Assembly (NCBI RefSeq): GCF_009834535.1
Contig: NC_045696.1
Location: 42,348,001-42,412,000 of the forward strand
Origin: Camelus ferus
Lineage: Eukaryota
Reading direction: 5' to 3'
Length of the DNA: 64,000 bases
The notes under the pieces were generated by a model. The model had not been told where the DNA came from and searched no databases. It saw only the letters and a list, made by a program, of their open reading frames with translations. A program made the position numbers and the translations under genes. Shown piece after piece: positions 25,039 to 36,872 of the stretch (position 1 is its first letter; every line of letters begins with the position of its first letter).

Positions 25039-26940
25039 GACTCTGAACCAACGTGACAACACAGGAAACTTCTGAATTTCTCTCTTCTCACTGACATGCT
25101 GAATATGTGGTTGCACATGAAACAGTTCTCTCAGAGAGGGATTCAGAAACTAGTTGAGTGACTCCTACACATTGGGAGACTAAGAGAACAGCTACATTGA
25201 AATGGGTAGGAGAGACTGAGACATAATCTCACACTACAATCCCCACCCCCAGTACAGCACCATATAGTGAAGAGGGAACCCCCAGTTCCCAGATTCTCCC
25301 TGAGGACTGAAAGGTTTGAACCACAAATATAGCGTCCCAACTTTTAAGGCTGTCACACCTGGGGAATAGGTCCCCCACCAATCACCTGGCTCTGAAAGCC
25401 AGTGGGGCTTGTGTTCATGAGTCCCATAGGACAACAGTAAACTGAGAAGCAGTTAATAGTCATGCAAACACCCACTGCAGTGACCCCCCTGCCAGGGCTC
25501 AGTGCAGAGAGAGCAGGCAAAAATGCCCGTTGTCTATTGCCAGTATACCAATATGCCAGTGGATACACAATATAAAAGGATATAACTTGTGATATCAAGA
25601 ACACAAAATGCGGAAGAGGGGAGTATAAAATACAGAGCTTTTATATGCATTTAAAGATGAGTTGTTATCAGCTGAAAATAGACTGTTATAACTATAAGAT
25701 ACTTCATATAAGCCTCATGGTAACCACAAAGTGGAAACCTATAGTAGATACACAAAGGATGAAGGAGTCAAAGCACGCCACATCTGAAAAAAAGCATTAA
25801 ATTACAAAGGAAGAGAAGAAGAGAGGAAGAAAGGAGCAAGGGGACTACAAACTAGCCAGAAAACACTTAAGAAAATGGCACTAGTTAGTACCATACCTAT
25901 CAATAATTACTTTAAATCAAAATGGATTAAATTCTCCAATCAAAAAACACAATGGCTGAATGGATTTAAAAAAAATACCCAATTATATATTGTCTGCAAA
26001 AGACTCACTTCAGCTTTAAGAACACATAGTTTGTAAGTGAAGAGATGGAAAGAGATATTCCATGCAGATGAAAACCAAAAGCAAGCAGGAATAGCTGTAT
26101 TTATTTCAGACAAAATTGGCTTTAAAACAAAGACTGCAATAGTAAACAAAGATGGCCATTATATAACGATAAAAGGGTCAATTCATCAAGAGGATGTAAC
26201 ATCTGTAAATATTTATGCGCCCAAATAGGCACAACTAAATACATAAAGCAAATATTAAAGATCTTAAGGGAGGGATAGACAGCAACACAACAATACTAGG
26301 GGACGTCAGTGCCACCTTTTCAACAAGTGGATAATTCATTCAGACAGAAAATCGATAAGACAACATTGAGCTTAGACTATACATTAGGTCATATGGTCCG
26401 AATAAACATATACATTCCACCCAACAGCCAGAGTGCACGTTCTTGTCAAGTGCACGTTCTTGTCAAGTGCACACGGAACATTCTCCAGGGTAGGTCATAT
26501 GTTAGGCCATAGAACAAATCTTAATAAATTTAAGAAGATTAAAGTCAGCTCAAGTATCTTTCCTAACCCCAGTGCTATGGAATTAGAAATCAATTACAAG
26601 AGGAAAACTGGAAAATTAACAAATATGTGGAGATTAAACAACATGCTCCTGAAGAACCAATGAATCACAGAAGAAATAAAAGGGAAAATTAAAAAAAAAA
26701 ATCTTCGGGCAAATGAAAGTGGAGATTTCAGGTTTACAAACCTTATGGTCTGCAACAAAATGGTTGTAAGAGGGAATTTTACAGTGATAAACAGATACCT
26801 TCAGAAAAAAGAAAGATCTCAAACAACCTAGCCTATGGAACTTACACCTTAAGGAACTATAAACGGAAGAACAAACTAAGCCCACAATTAGTAGAAGGAA
26901 GGAAATAACAAAGATCAGAGCAGAAATAAATGTAGTAGAG
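25039..26940 (+). mobile_element. L1 with 5'UTR, ORF1 deleted, inter-ORF plus decayed ORF2 endonuclease, 3' truncated
   Basis: 5'UTR 25039-25528; EN peptides KRWKEIFHADENQKQAGIAVFISDKIGFKTK and TFLSSAHGTFSRVGHMLGHRTNLNKFKKIK. Confidence 0.9.
26432..26472 (+). repeat. Exact 17-bp tandem duplication inside L1
   Basis: (agtgcacgttcttgtca)x2 plus agtgcac. Confidence 0.95.
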
Positions 26941-27069
26941 GCTGTGAATATACATAATGGCACATTTATTAGTGATACATACTTACTTGGGAGAAAGACT
27001 GTTAGACATTGTGGAGAAGGAGTAGGAAATAGAATATTGTTTTACCCTTGAGAAGTTTATATTCTATAG

Positions 27070-27570
27070 TGTGTTGGGCACAATAAGGTCCCCCAAAGAT
27101 GTCCACATCCTAATCCCCTGGAATCTGTGGACATGTTACCTTACTTGGCAAAGGGACTTTCCAGATGTAATTCAGGTTAAAGACTTTGAGACAGAGAAGT
27201 TAACCTGGATCTTCTGGGAGGGCTAGTGTAATCACATGAGTCTTTGAAAGTGGAGAACCTTTCCTGGATTTGGTCAGAGAAAGATGATGGAGAAGGGACA
27301 GAGAAATGTAATATTTCTGGCTTTGAAGATGAAGGAAAGGACTTACAAGCCAAGGCATGTGCGTAGCCTCTAGGAGCTGTAAAAGGCAAGGGAATGGATT
27401 CTCCCCTAGAGCTTCTAGAAAGAAATGACATCCTGCTTATTCGATTTTAGCCCAGTGAGACCCATGTTAGGTTTCTGGTCTGTAGAACTATTGGATAATA
27501 AGTTTTTGTTATTTTGAGCCACTACATTAATAATAATTTGTTATGGCAGCAGTAGAAAACTATACCTACA
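27070..27570 (+). mobile_element. MLT1D-like MaLR solo LTR
   Basis: ccccaaagatgtccacatcctaatcccc...gattctcccctagagcttctagaa...ttgttatggcagcagtagaaaac. Confidence 0.9.
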
Positions 27571-27574
27571 GGAA

Positions 27575-29300
27575 TATAAGTTTTTATATCTGTGGGAATT
27601 GTGGCACAAAGTATGGCACTTCTCATATTTTGCTAATTCAATTTAGACAGTTTGAGGCAAAATATGGGAAGTTCTATAGAGACATGACCAAAGCCTTCTA
27701 AGAGTTGAGATCAAAAGAGGGACAAGAAGAACTTCAAGAGGGAGGGGGGCATTTATATGATCTGTGTTTTTGAAGTAAAAACAATTTCAAGAAACAGAGG
27801 TGAGGAAGACAAATTCTGTGCCGAGGAAATGGGGTTAATGAAGGCAAGCAAGTGTGAGAATATGTATACTGCGTTGGGAAAGAGGTGGATAGGTCAGTAT
27901 TTTGATATGGTTGATTTGATTAATGTTGCTAAAGTATTTATTTTCACTATTGAATATTTTTATTGAATCACAAATTTATAAAATGTTCCGAATGCAGTGA
28001 TATAGAGAAGCTTAGGTTGGAACCAGATTATAAAAAGTTTTGAATAATAGGCAAAGTCTATTATTTTTATTTAACATATATTAAAATAATATGTGAATAT
28101 ATTAAAAATTTGTTGCTTTAAAGAAAAAGGTAAAGCTTTGGTCCAGGAAAAAAGGACAATTGGCTGGGGAAGAAAGAGGACAAAGAATAGCTGGCAGGAG
28201 AATAGTTAGGACGCCAGTGAGTCTGTCTAGATGAGGTAGTGACATCTGTCTAAGGAAAGTACACCACAGACGTCAGTAAATTTTTGCACACATCTTCTGT
28301 GGTATTTCTTTCAAGGAATATTACTCTGTGGTTAAGTTCCCTATCTTGTGGACCGTTGGGCATATGTGAAATGCAAGACCAATATGCTAAACATAAAATT
28401 ATGATTACAAGTGATTTAACTAACTTGAAACACATTACTTCAGCAGTTGGCAAATGAAGCTGGTAAACCCCTCTCCCCCATGCTCTAATAGTTTTGATCT
28501 TCCAAGCCTGCCTGCTTTTCTTGGTTGAACGGGAGGAGAGTGTCTGAAATTTTCCACCTTCCTTGGTTTGGTTTTAATCGTCCCCAATACTCTACTGTGA
28601 TCTCTAAGATGGTCCTACTGCCATCCTTAAGAGATCCATTGCCTGTATCGTTAGAGGCTGCTTGCCTCAGCTGTGGCCAACTTGGACTTCAAGGACCTTG
28701 AAAACTTGCCAATTTCTCCAGAAGGACTAGAAGTAACCTCTTTGAGTTTACTTTTGTTCTCTATGCCTTCCTCCTTACCATCTGTCTCCTGCTCTTTCTT
28801 TTTTCATCTCCTAATTTCTGTGGAGCGTTTCCCTCTCCAATTGTTCCACAGACTCCTTTGTTTGCCGCTTCTCATAAGGAACAGCCTTCAGCTTTATTTT
28901 TAGGGTGTTATTCTAGGTGGGAAACATAAAGGTGACAGGTTTTGTGACAAGTGATTGACTGGGTTAGGATGAGAGGAATAAACAGAGGATAAAGATGGCT
29001 GGAATGTTTCAGCCTGGGTGCCTGGGAGAATGTGATTTATTAACAGAAAATGAAAATTAAGGAGGAACGGGCTCAGATGGCCAGGGTTTGGTTTTAGAAC
29101 ATGCTGAATTTGAGGCTCTAAATGCCTATTTTAAGTGGAACTGAATAGCAGACATTTGGAAGTGGCAGTGTGGCCTGGTGAAGATAATGATTCTGTGGTA
29201 AAATTTGCTGGTAGGCATACAGGTGGCTAATTTTAGAGATGAAAATATGTGAGAAGAGTGAGTTTGAGAAAATACATAGAGAAGGAAAGAAGAACAAAGA
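27575..29300 (-). mobile_element. Decayed LINE-2 interrupted at ~28256-28900
   Basis: ggcaggagaatagttagg before; ggtgacaggttttgtgacaagtgattgact...agcctgggtgcctgggagaatg...atgctgaatttgagg after. Confidence 0.6.
28256..28900 (-). other. Unidentified ~650-bp insertion within L2, possible decayed retrocopy
   Basis: L2 is collinear across it; the minus strand is purine-rich and coding-like (KKEQETDGKEEGIENKSKLKE), followed by AT-rich UTR-like sequence. Confidence 0.3.
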
Positions 29301-30818
29301 GAAAGTCATGGGCAGGCTGCTTTGTTTGTTAGCTTTGACAAATCTTCCTTTCCTTCTATTGGTAAGAAGTCTAGTTGACTCACTGAGGGTGTCCTCCTGG
29401 CCAACTTTTAGCAACCAGAAGGCAGTGTTCTTACTCTTGGATCCACTGCCCTTGGCATTGGCCTGGGATATGGGGATTTGACAAATCTATTCTCTAGTGG
29501 GCTATCTCATTCAGTGCCATTTTGCCACTAGAATTAAAAGTCCCCAACTGGAGCTGCATATCCCAAGTATACGTTCTGCCTTTCAATCATCACAAAGTCT
29601 CTCCAAGTTAATCGAGAGAGGGAAAACCCAAATACTGTTTTTCCCCTCTGAGTCTATAGCGATAAACAGTAATGAAAGTGCAGTCTTTGTGAATATAGAA
29701 AAAATGATCTGCACCCATGTTGGTATGCTCTGGGAATACTTCAACGCATTCAAATAGCTTTTCCTCTAATACATTTCTTTGTAGTAATGGCTTTCTAAGT
29801 TGCACCCATGTGAAAAGCTTTTAATTTGGTTAAATTTATGCTAGGAGCTGTTGGAAATTAGAGCTTTGCAGGGGTTCCTCCCCTCCTCTCATTGTAATTC
29901 TCATGTGAATTTCTTCCCTGCAAAGTTATGCACTCTCCATCTGGCCACATTCATAAGCCATCCTTCTCATAGAACTTTGATAAAATGCATCAGCTTCTTT
30001 GGAATTAGATTAGCATCTCGATCTGAGAGCTTTCCAGACTCTTCCTGCTGACAGGAGATGAAAGCCTCATAAATAAAAATGCTGCTCTGTTTGCCTCTAT
30101 GTTGTGATGGACCCTGTGAAAGAGAAAGACAATTAGATTTAAACATCTTTTCATTCGGTGTTACAGATATTCCCTCCTTCCATGGCTTGACACTAATGTT
30201 ATCTCTTCCAGTGTTATCTACCGTGAAGATTGTGTAATAGCACTGGAAAGTTAAATAGCACCCTTCAAACTAGCACTTGCTTCTTCTAACTACTCTAGAA
30301 AATCTTTTCAGTGGAAGATGTGGATTCTTTATGCTTCATTATCAGTTACCATCATTTTAAATAAGGTAATAATGAATTTGTTTTCTTCTCAGAATTTCAT
30401 GTCCAAAAATAGTCAATAATAATAGACTGTCTATTTGGAATAAAACACCATATTAAAATCTGCACATTAGACCGGAAGTAGATACTTAAACCTATGTCTT
30501 TATTTAACATAGGTTAATAATTTGTAGGTGACATGTAAGCACATAAGGCAATTCTGGGACACACAATTCAGACTTAGGGTCCACTTGACTTGAGGTATAA
30601 CTGAATACAATTGAGATGGAACTCAGTTTGACCTTATCAATATGATGTTTTTTGTGATTATTCTATTTTTGTATTAAGTGATTTTGGGCAGGTGAGGTTA
30701 TTATTATGATTAATACATTTACGATAGAGTTAATAATAATAATTTATATTATCTGAGAATAAGGTGGTTAGGATCTGGAAGAGGACAATGGCTATAAGAT
30801 TTCAAGAAATGTCAGGTT

Positions 30819-33800
30819 GGACCTCAGTGTTGTGGCAGTGTGAGCTGTTCCCTTTGTCCCTCCCCTTCAATCTACAATCAGTAAAATGTCCATAACTCAC
30901 CAAAGTCTCCTTTGCCCAACACACCAGGATGCTGGAGAATCCCACATACCAGTGTCTCTAGAGAGGGGGGACTGGACCACATAGAGGAGGCAAAACTGAG
31001 GGGACAGTGGAGGTGGGACCTGTGATCCTGGCTCCCTAGCCACAGCAGCTGAGCCTGCAGGCCCAGAGAACCCAGTAGCAGGAGAGGAGGCTGTGTCAGC
31101 AACTCCGGCCTTCTAGTCACAGCAGGGCCCACAGCCACGGGGAGTGGGCAGCAGCAGCAGCAGGGCCTGTGTCCCTGTCCCTTTGGCTGTGGGGGAAGCA
31201 CCTGTGGCTCTGGCCTTCCAGCCTGCAGTGGCAGCGCCGGTGAACCTGACAACCCTAGGGGTAGCAGAGGCACTGCAGACCCTGGTCTCCCCGCTTTCCC
31301 CTGTGGGGGCAGGGTGCAACCCCAGACGTGGTGAAAGCACCCACCATTCCAGTGCCCCAGGCAGCAGTGCTGGCAATGGCTGTGCCACTGGCAGCAGCAA
31401 GGCGCCACTACTCCGGGAGGCAAAAGCAGAGCAATGACAGCAAGAAAGCACGGCAGCATCTCTGGGAGAGATGGTGGAGAATGGAAAATGCTGATCTCAA
31501 ATGTAACTGGAGGCAGCTCAGATAAGAGAAACCGAAATTTTGTGCTATAGTGCCACCTGCTGAAAAAGTAAAGAAAGACCTCTAATTACTAATGTTGAAT
31601 CAAGTAAAAAAAACTTGACCTAAAGAAGAAATGGGTTTGTTACTTCAAATGTACCAGGAGAGAAACACCATCAAGTATGCTGAAAAACATAGTTATATGG
31701 TATCACAAAAAGAAAATGACAGAATTCCATAAACAAACCAATTTTAAAGTCATGAACTGTTGTGATCAAGTTGATAGAGAATTCAAAATAGCTGTCATGA
31801 AGAAACTCAGTGAGCTACAGGAAAACTTAGAAAGGCAAAAAAATTCAATGAGCTTAGGGATAAAATTAATGAACAGAAGAAATATTTTACCAAAAAGATT
31901 GAAACTCCAAAAAGAGAACCAAACAGAAATTCTAGAGCTGAAGAACTCAATAAATGAGATGAAGAACATATTAGAAAGCACTGGAAATAGAGAAGACCAT
32001 ATAGGAGAGAGAATTAGTAAGTCTGAAGATAGAAACAGAAATAACACAGGTAGAAGAGGAGAGAGAACTAGATCTAATTCTGTGAGAATTCTCTGACTTC
32101 ATTAGGAAGGGCAATGGAAGAATGATTGGTATCCCAGAAGGAGAAGAGGGAGAAGGGAGCAGAGAGTTCATTTAAATAACAGCCAAGAACTCCCTCAACT
32201 CAGGGAAAGAACTGGATATACAAGTTCGTGAAGCTAAGACACTACCTAATTACCTCAGCACAAAAAGACTTTCTCCAAGACATATTATATTATAATTGTC
32301 AGAAGTCAATGACAAAGAAAGAATTTTAAAGGTAACAAGGAAAAAAGGGAAATAACCTACAAAGGAACCCCCATTAAGCTATCAGCAGATTTCTCAGCAG
32401 CAACTGAAGAGAAGAGAATGCTCCCTAACATATTTTACGAGGCCAGCATTTACCCTGAAATAAAAGTCAGACAAAACAACACAAAAAATAAAATTATATG
32501 CCATTATCTCTGATGAACATAGATGAAAAAATCTCGGCGAAATATTAGCAAACCAAATACAATAATACAATAAGAGGATCACACGCCATGATCAAGTGGG
32601 ATCTAATCCAAGAAGGGTTCAACATCTACAAATCAAGTAACAGGATACACTACATTAACAGAATGAAAAATAAAGATCACATAATCATCTCAATAGATGC
32701 AGAAAAAGTATTAGATAAGATTTAATACCAATTTATGATAAAAACTCAATAAAATGGATATAGAACAAATGTACCTTAACATCAAAAGGCCGTATATGAT
32801 AAGCCCACAGCTAACATCATACTCAATGGTGAAAAACTGAAAGCTTTTCCTTTAGATGAGGAACAAGACAAGAATGCCCATTATCTCTACTTTTATTCAG
32901 CATAGTATTGGAAGTCCTAGCCACAGCACTCATAAAAGAAAAGGAAATAAAAGACATCCAAATTGGAAGGGAAGAAGTAAAACTGTCACTATTTACACAT
33001 GATATGATGCATATATGGAAAACCCTAAAGATTCCACCAAAAAAAAAAAAACAACTATGAGATGTAATAAATGAATTCAGTAAAGTTGTAGTATATGAGG
33101 TTAATATACAGAAATCTGTTGCATTTATATACACTAGTAATAAACTATCAGAAAGAGAAGTCAAGAAAACAATTGCATCTAAAATCACATCAAAAAGGAT
33201 AAAATACCTCGGAATGAATTTAACCAAGGAGGTGAAAGACTTGTACACCAAAAACTTACATTGTTGAAAGGAATTGAAGAAGGCACAACAAAATGGTAAG
33301 AGTCCTTGCTCATAGATTGGAAGAATTAACACTGTTAAAAATGTTCATATTATCTAAAACAATCTACAGATTCAATGCAATCCCTATTAAAATCTCAATG
33401 ACATTTTTCACAGAAATAGAACAAAAAAACCCTAAAATGTATATGGAACCACAGAAGATCCTGAATAGCTGAAAGAATCCTAAGAAAAGAACTAAAGGTA
33501 TTACACCTCCTGATTTCATATTTTACTGTAAAGCTGTAGCAATCAGTACAACATAGTACTGGAAAAAATAGACACTGAGATCAATGGAACACAGTTGAGA
33601 GCCTAGAAATAAACCCATACATATGGGGGCACATAATTTACAAAAAAAGGAGCAAAAGACGTACAATAGAGAAAGGATAGTTTCTTCAATAGATAGTATT
33701 GGGAAAATTGGGCAGCCACGTGCAAAAGAGTGAAACTAGACCACTCTCTCATACCATACACAAAAGTCAACTCAAAATTGGTTAAAAACTTGAATGTAAG

Positions 33801-34928
33801 ACCTGAAGCCGTAAAACTCCCAGAAGAAAACATAGGCAATACACTCTTTGACTCCTTAGCGATATCTTTCCAGTGTGTCTCCTCAAGCAAGGGAAACAAA
33901 AGTGAAAATAAACAAATGGGACTGCATCAAACTGAAAGGCTTCTGTACAGCAAAGGAAACCATCAACAAAATGAAAAGACAGCCTACTTAATGGGAGAAG
34001 ATATTTGCAAATCATATATCTGATAGAGATTAATATATATGTATAAATATATAAATAGCTCATATGACTCAACAGCAATAAAACAAATGATTTAAAAAAA
34101 ATGGGCAGGGGATCTGAATAGGCCTTTTTCCAAGGAAGACATACAAATGGCCAACAGGCACATGAAAAGATGTTTGACATCACAAGGTATTGAATATAGT
34201 TCCCTGTGCCATATAGTAAGAACTTGCTGTTTATCTGTTTTATATACAGTAGTTAGTATCTGCAAATCCTGAGCTCCCAATTTATCCTTCCACCCCCTCC
34301 TTCCCCTCTGGTAACTACAAGTTTGTTTTCTATGTTTGTGAGTCTGTTTCTGTTTTGTAAATAAGTTCATTTGTCTCTTCTGAAAAGGAATACACACACA
34401 CACACAAGTACATATATATATATAAAACTGAAACACTGTGCTGTACACCAGAAATTAATACATTGTAAACTAATTATACTTCAATAAAAAAGATGTTCAA
34501 GATCACTAATTATTATGAAAATCCAAATCAAAACCATACTAAGATATCACCTTATGCCTGTTAGAATGACTATTATAAAAAAAAGGCAAGAAATAACAGG
34601 TGTTGGAGAGGATGTGAAAACACGGAAATCCTCATATACTGTTGGTGCAAATGTAAATTGGTACAGCCACTATAGAAAACAGTATGGAGATTCCCCCCCC
34701 CCCCCAAATTAAAAATAGAACTGTCACATAAGCCAGCTATTTCACTTCTGGGTATTTATTGAAAGTATATAAAAACACTAATTTGAAGAGATATATGTAC
34801 CCAGAAGTTTATTGCAGCATTGTTTACAATAGTCAAGGTATGGAAACAACCTAAGTGCCTATCAGTGGATGAATCGATAAAGAAGATACGATATGTTATA
34901 AACTAAAATTACCTCAATTAAAAAAACA
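30819..34928 (+). mobile_element. L1 with 5'UTR, partial ORF1, EN deleted, decayed RT/C-terminus, shortened 3'UTR and A-tail
   Basis: GC-rich 5'UTR 30819-31560; ORF1 peptide DREFKIAVMKKLSELQEN; jump to ORF2 at ~32410; KLDHSLIPYTKVNSK and [23 protein letters not shown]. Confidence 0.92.
34184..34487 (+). mobile_element. Short 5'-inverted (twin-primed) younger L1 3'UTR insertion
   Basis: 34184-34380 is antisense L1 3'UTR; 34381-34487 is the sense 3' end with AATAAA/A-tail; 19-bp TSD at 34165-34183 and 34488-34506. Confidence 0.9.
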
Positions 34929-36757
34929 TATCACTGTTTCTGAAGTCAAAGTTAAAGAGATTTAGAGAAAGAGAGAGTTACATGGTCTTAAAATCAAAAG
35001 TCTGAAGCACATCACAAAGACTGGTAGGTTTTGGCTGGAGTGTATCTATGATTGAGTGATGAGGAGGAAGACAGCCTGCTAACAATCAGACTCATTACAA
35101 GAAAGAGCTGATGGAGAGCAACGTGGAAATGGTAATAGAAATAATTTTGTGTCTTTGAAGCAAATTCAAATTTCTCATCTTGAGATAAATTGGAATTCTA
35201 GTTTTTTCGAAAATGAAGTTTTAAGTGATATTTTTTCCTTCACATTCTCAAGACTGATGTTGTCTCTTTGAAGCTACTCTCTGCCTTTCAATAACTCCCA
35301 TTTATCTTCCATGCCCTTTGAAAACATTTTTTAATAAACTGTAATAGGAAATAAGTTGTTTTATTTTCTAAGGTATGGAGACATTTATACTGCATTGCTT
35401 TTATATATTAGAACTTCCTAAAGTTAAACTCCAGAGAAAAACAATTGCCTAAGAGGGTGGTTAAAATTTTAGTTCAGCTTTGATCAACAGTTTATGCCTG
35501 AGTTATCCTGCCTAGTGATAGAAAACCAAGAGCAATTTTCCTTAAGATACTAGCTATGAGTGCAGGAAACTGTCAGTCTCATCATGTTTTTATTATGGGA
35601 AGGGATCCTAATTGAAACAGAAATAAAAAAAATAGACAGAAGCCATATGGAACTTTATCCGTTTGCTGCCAAGAAATTGTCTTCTGTTTTAAAAGCCAAA
35701 GACACCCAAGATGTATAGAGGAAAACAATCCTTTGTATATACAATGATGCATTTGATTGAATGGCATTGATTGGAAAGATGGAATGATGTTTGTTTTTAA
35801 GAAATTGTTTAATGTACTGTTTGTGAATTGAATGATTTGAAATGAATTTTTTAATCATAGAATTTTCTTTATTTTTGGTTAGCTTTAGATTTCCCTTCAT
35901 AAGCACACTCAAAGTTGACCCTTTACTACAGGACTGTGTGTCTGAGCGTGAGGTGAGAGGGGAGATTTTTTGTTTAAGCTGGAGAAAGTGGAGTGATTTC
36001 ATACTTTGTAAGATATTTAAAACATATATGAAATTAGGATGAAATAACTTGGCCCTGGTAACTTACGTTGGTTTGAAATCATAACATAAAACCGAGTATC
36101 AGAATCAAATAAATCTGAGTCATTAAATTGCATATGCTAACCTGTGACATGGAAATTATAGACTGAGGAACAGGGGAACAAATGGGTGAGAGCTCTATTT
36201 GAGATGGTGGTGTTCATAGTGTAGTAAGACCTGGGAGATGGAAACTCTGGGCAGGAGGGCTCAGGTTTAGCTCTGAGGTGGGCACATGTTTTTATATTAG
36301 GAAATGGAAACTGAAAAGAAGTCATTGAGCAAACTCACAGTTTTCCTCAGAAACAGAAGCCCTGGTTAGTTGTGGTCTGACTTGGTTCATTTATTGGTGT
36401 GTTATATGGGGTTGCTGTGTTTTGATTTGTATTGAGGTATAATACGCCATAGAAAAACACCCCTGTTACAATCTTCCAGTGATGGTTCAGGCTGGAGGTT
36501 GCTGTGTGAAGGGTCTGTGGAGAAGTGGGAGAAGGTCTTCAGTGGTGTATGGAAGTCTGGACATGCTTTTAAGAAATAGAACCAGATGACTTACAAATAT
36601 ATAGTAGAGAAGAAAAAGAAACACAACTTTAATTTTACATGATGGTCTGTGCATTTCCTTGAGCAATGCCTGTGTAATTCAGCACCCCAGACCATCTCTT
36701 GCCGCACGTAGTTACAGACAACACCACACGGTACGGAGCACCTGAATGTTCTCTTAC

Positions 36758-36872
36758 CTTGGGGTGAGTTCCCTGCCCATCAGGTTAGAACTCCCAGGAA
36801 TGAACATGGGGTGGATTAGCTCTCCGTGGTGCCGTTGGGAAGACCTTACTCCACCAATGGAAGACAGAAATG
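36758..36872 (-). other. Candidate 115-nt antisense exon
   Basis: Minus-strand acceptor ccctcaatcatttttAG and donor AAG|GTAAGA in unique, CpG-retaining sequence. Confidence 0.25.

Noticed and set aside
28232..28250. let-7-like start TGAGGTAGT
   Set aside because: Diverges after 9 nt, has no hairpin partner and sits in L2 sequence
30878..31525. Overlapping GC-rich ORFs up to 193 aa
   Set aside because: They lie within an L1 5'UTR; GC-rich low-complexity sequence gives long chance ORFs
31677..34712. ORFs as functional protein-coding genes
   Set aside because: Frameshifted, stop-interrupted L1 ORF1/ORF2 remnants or their antisense frames
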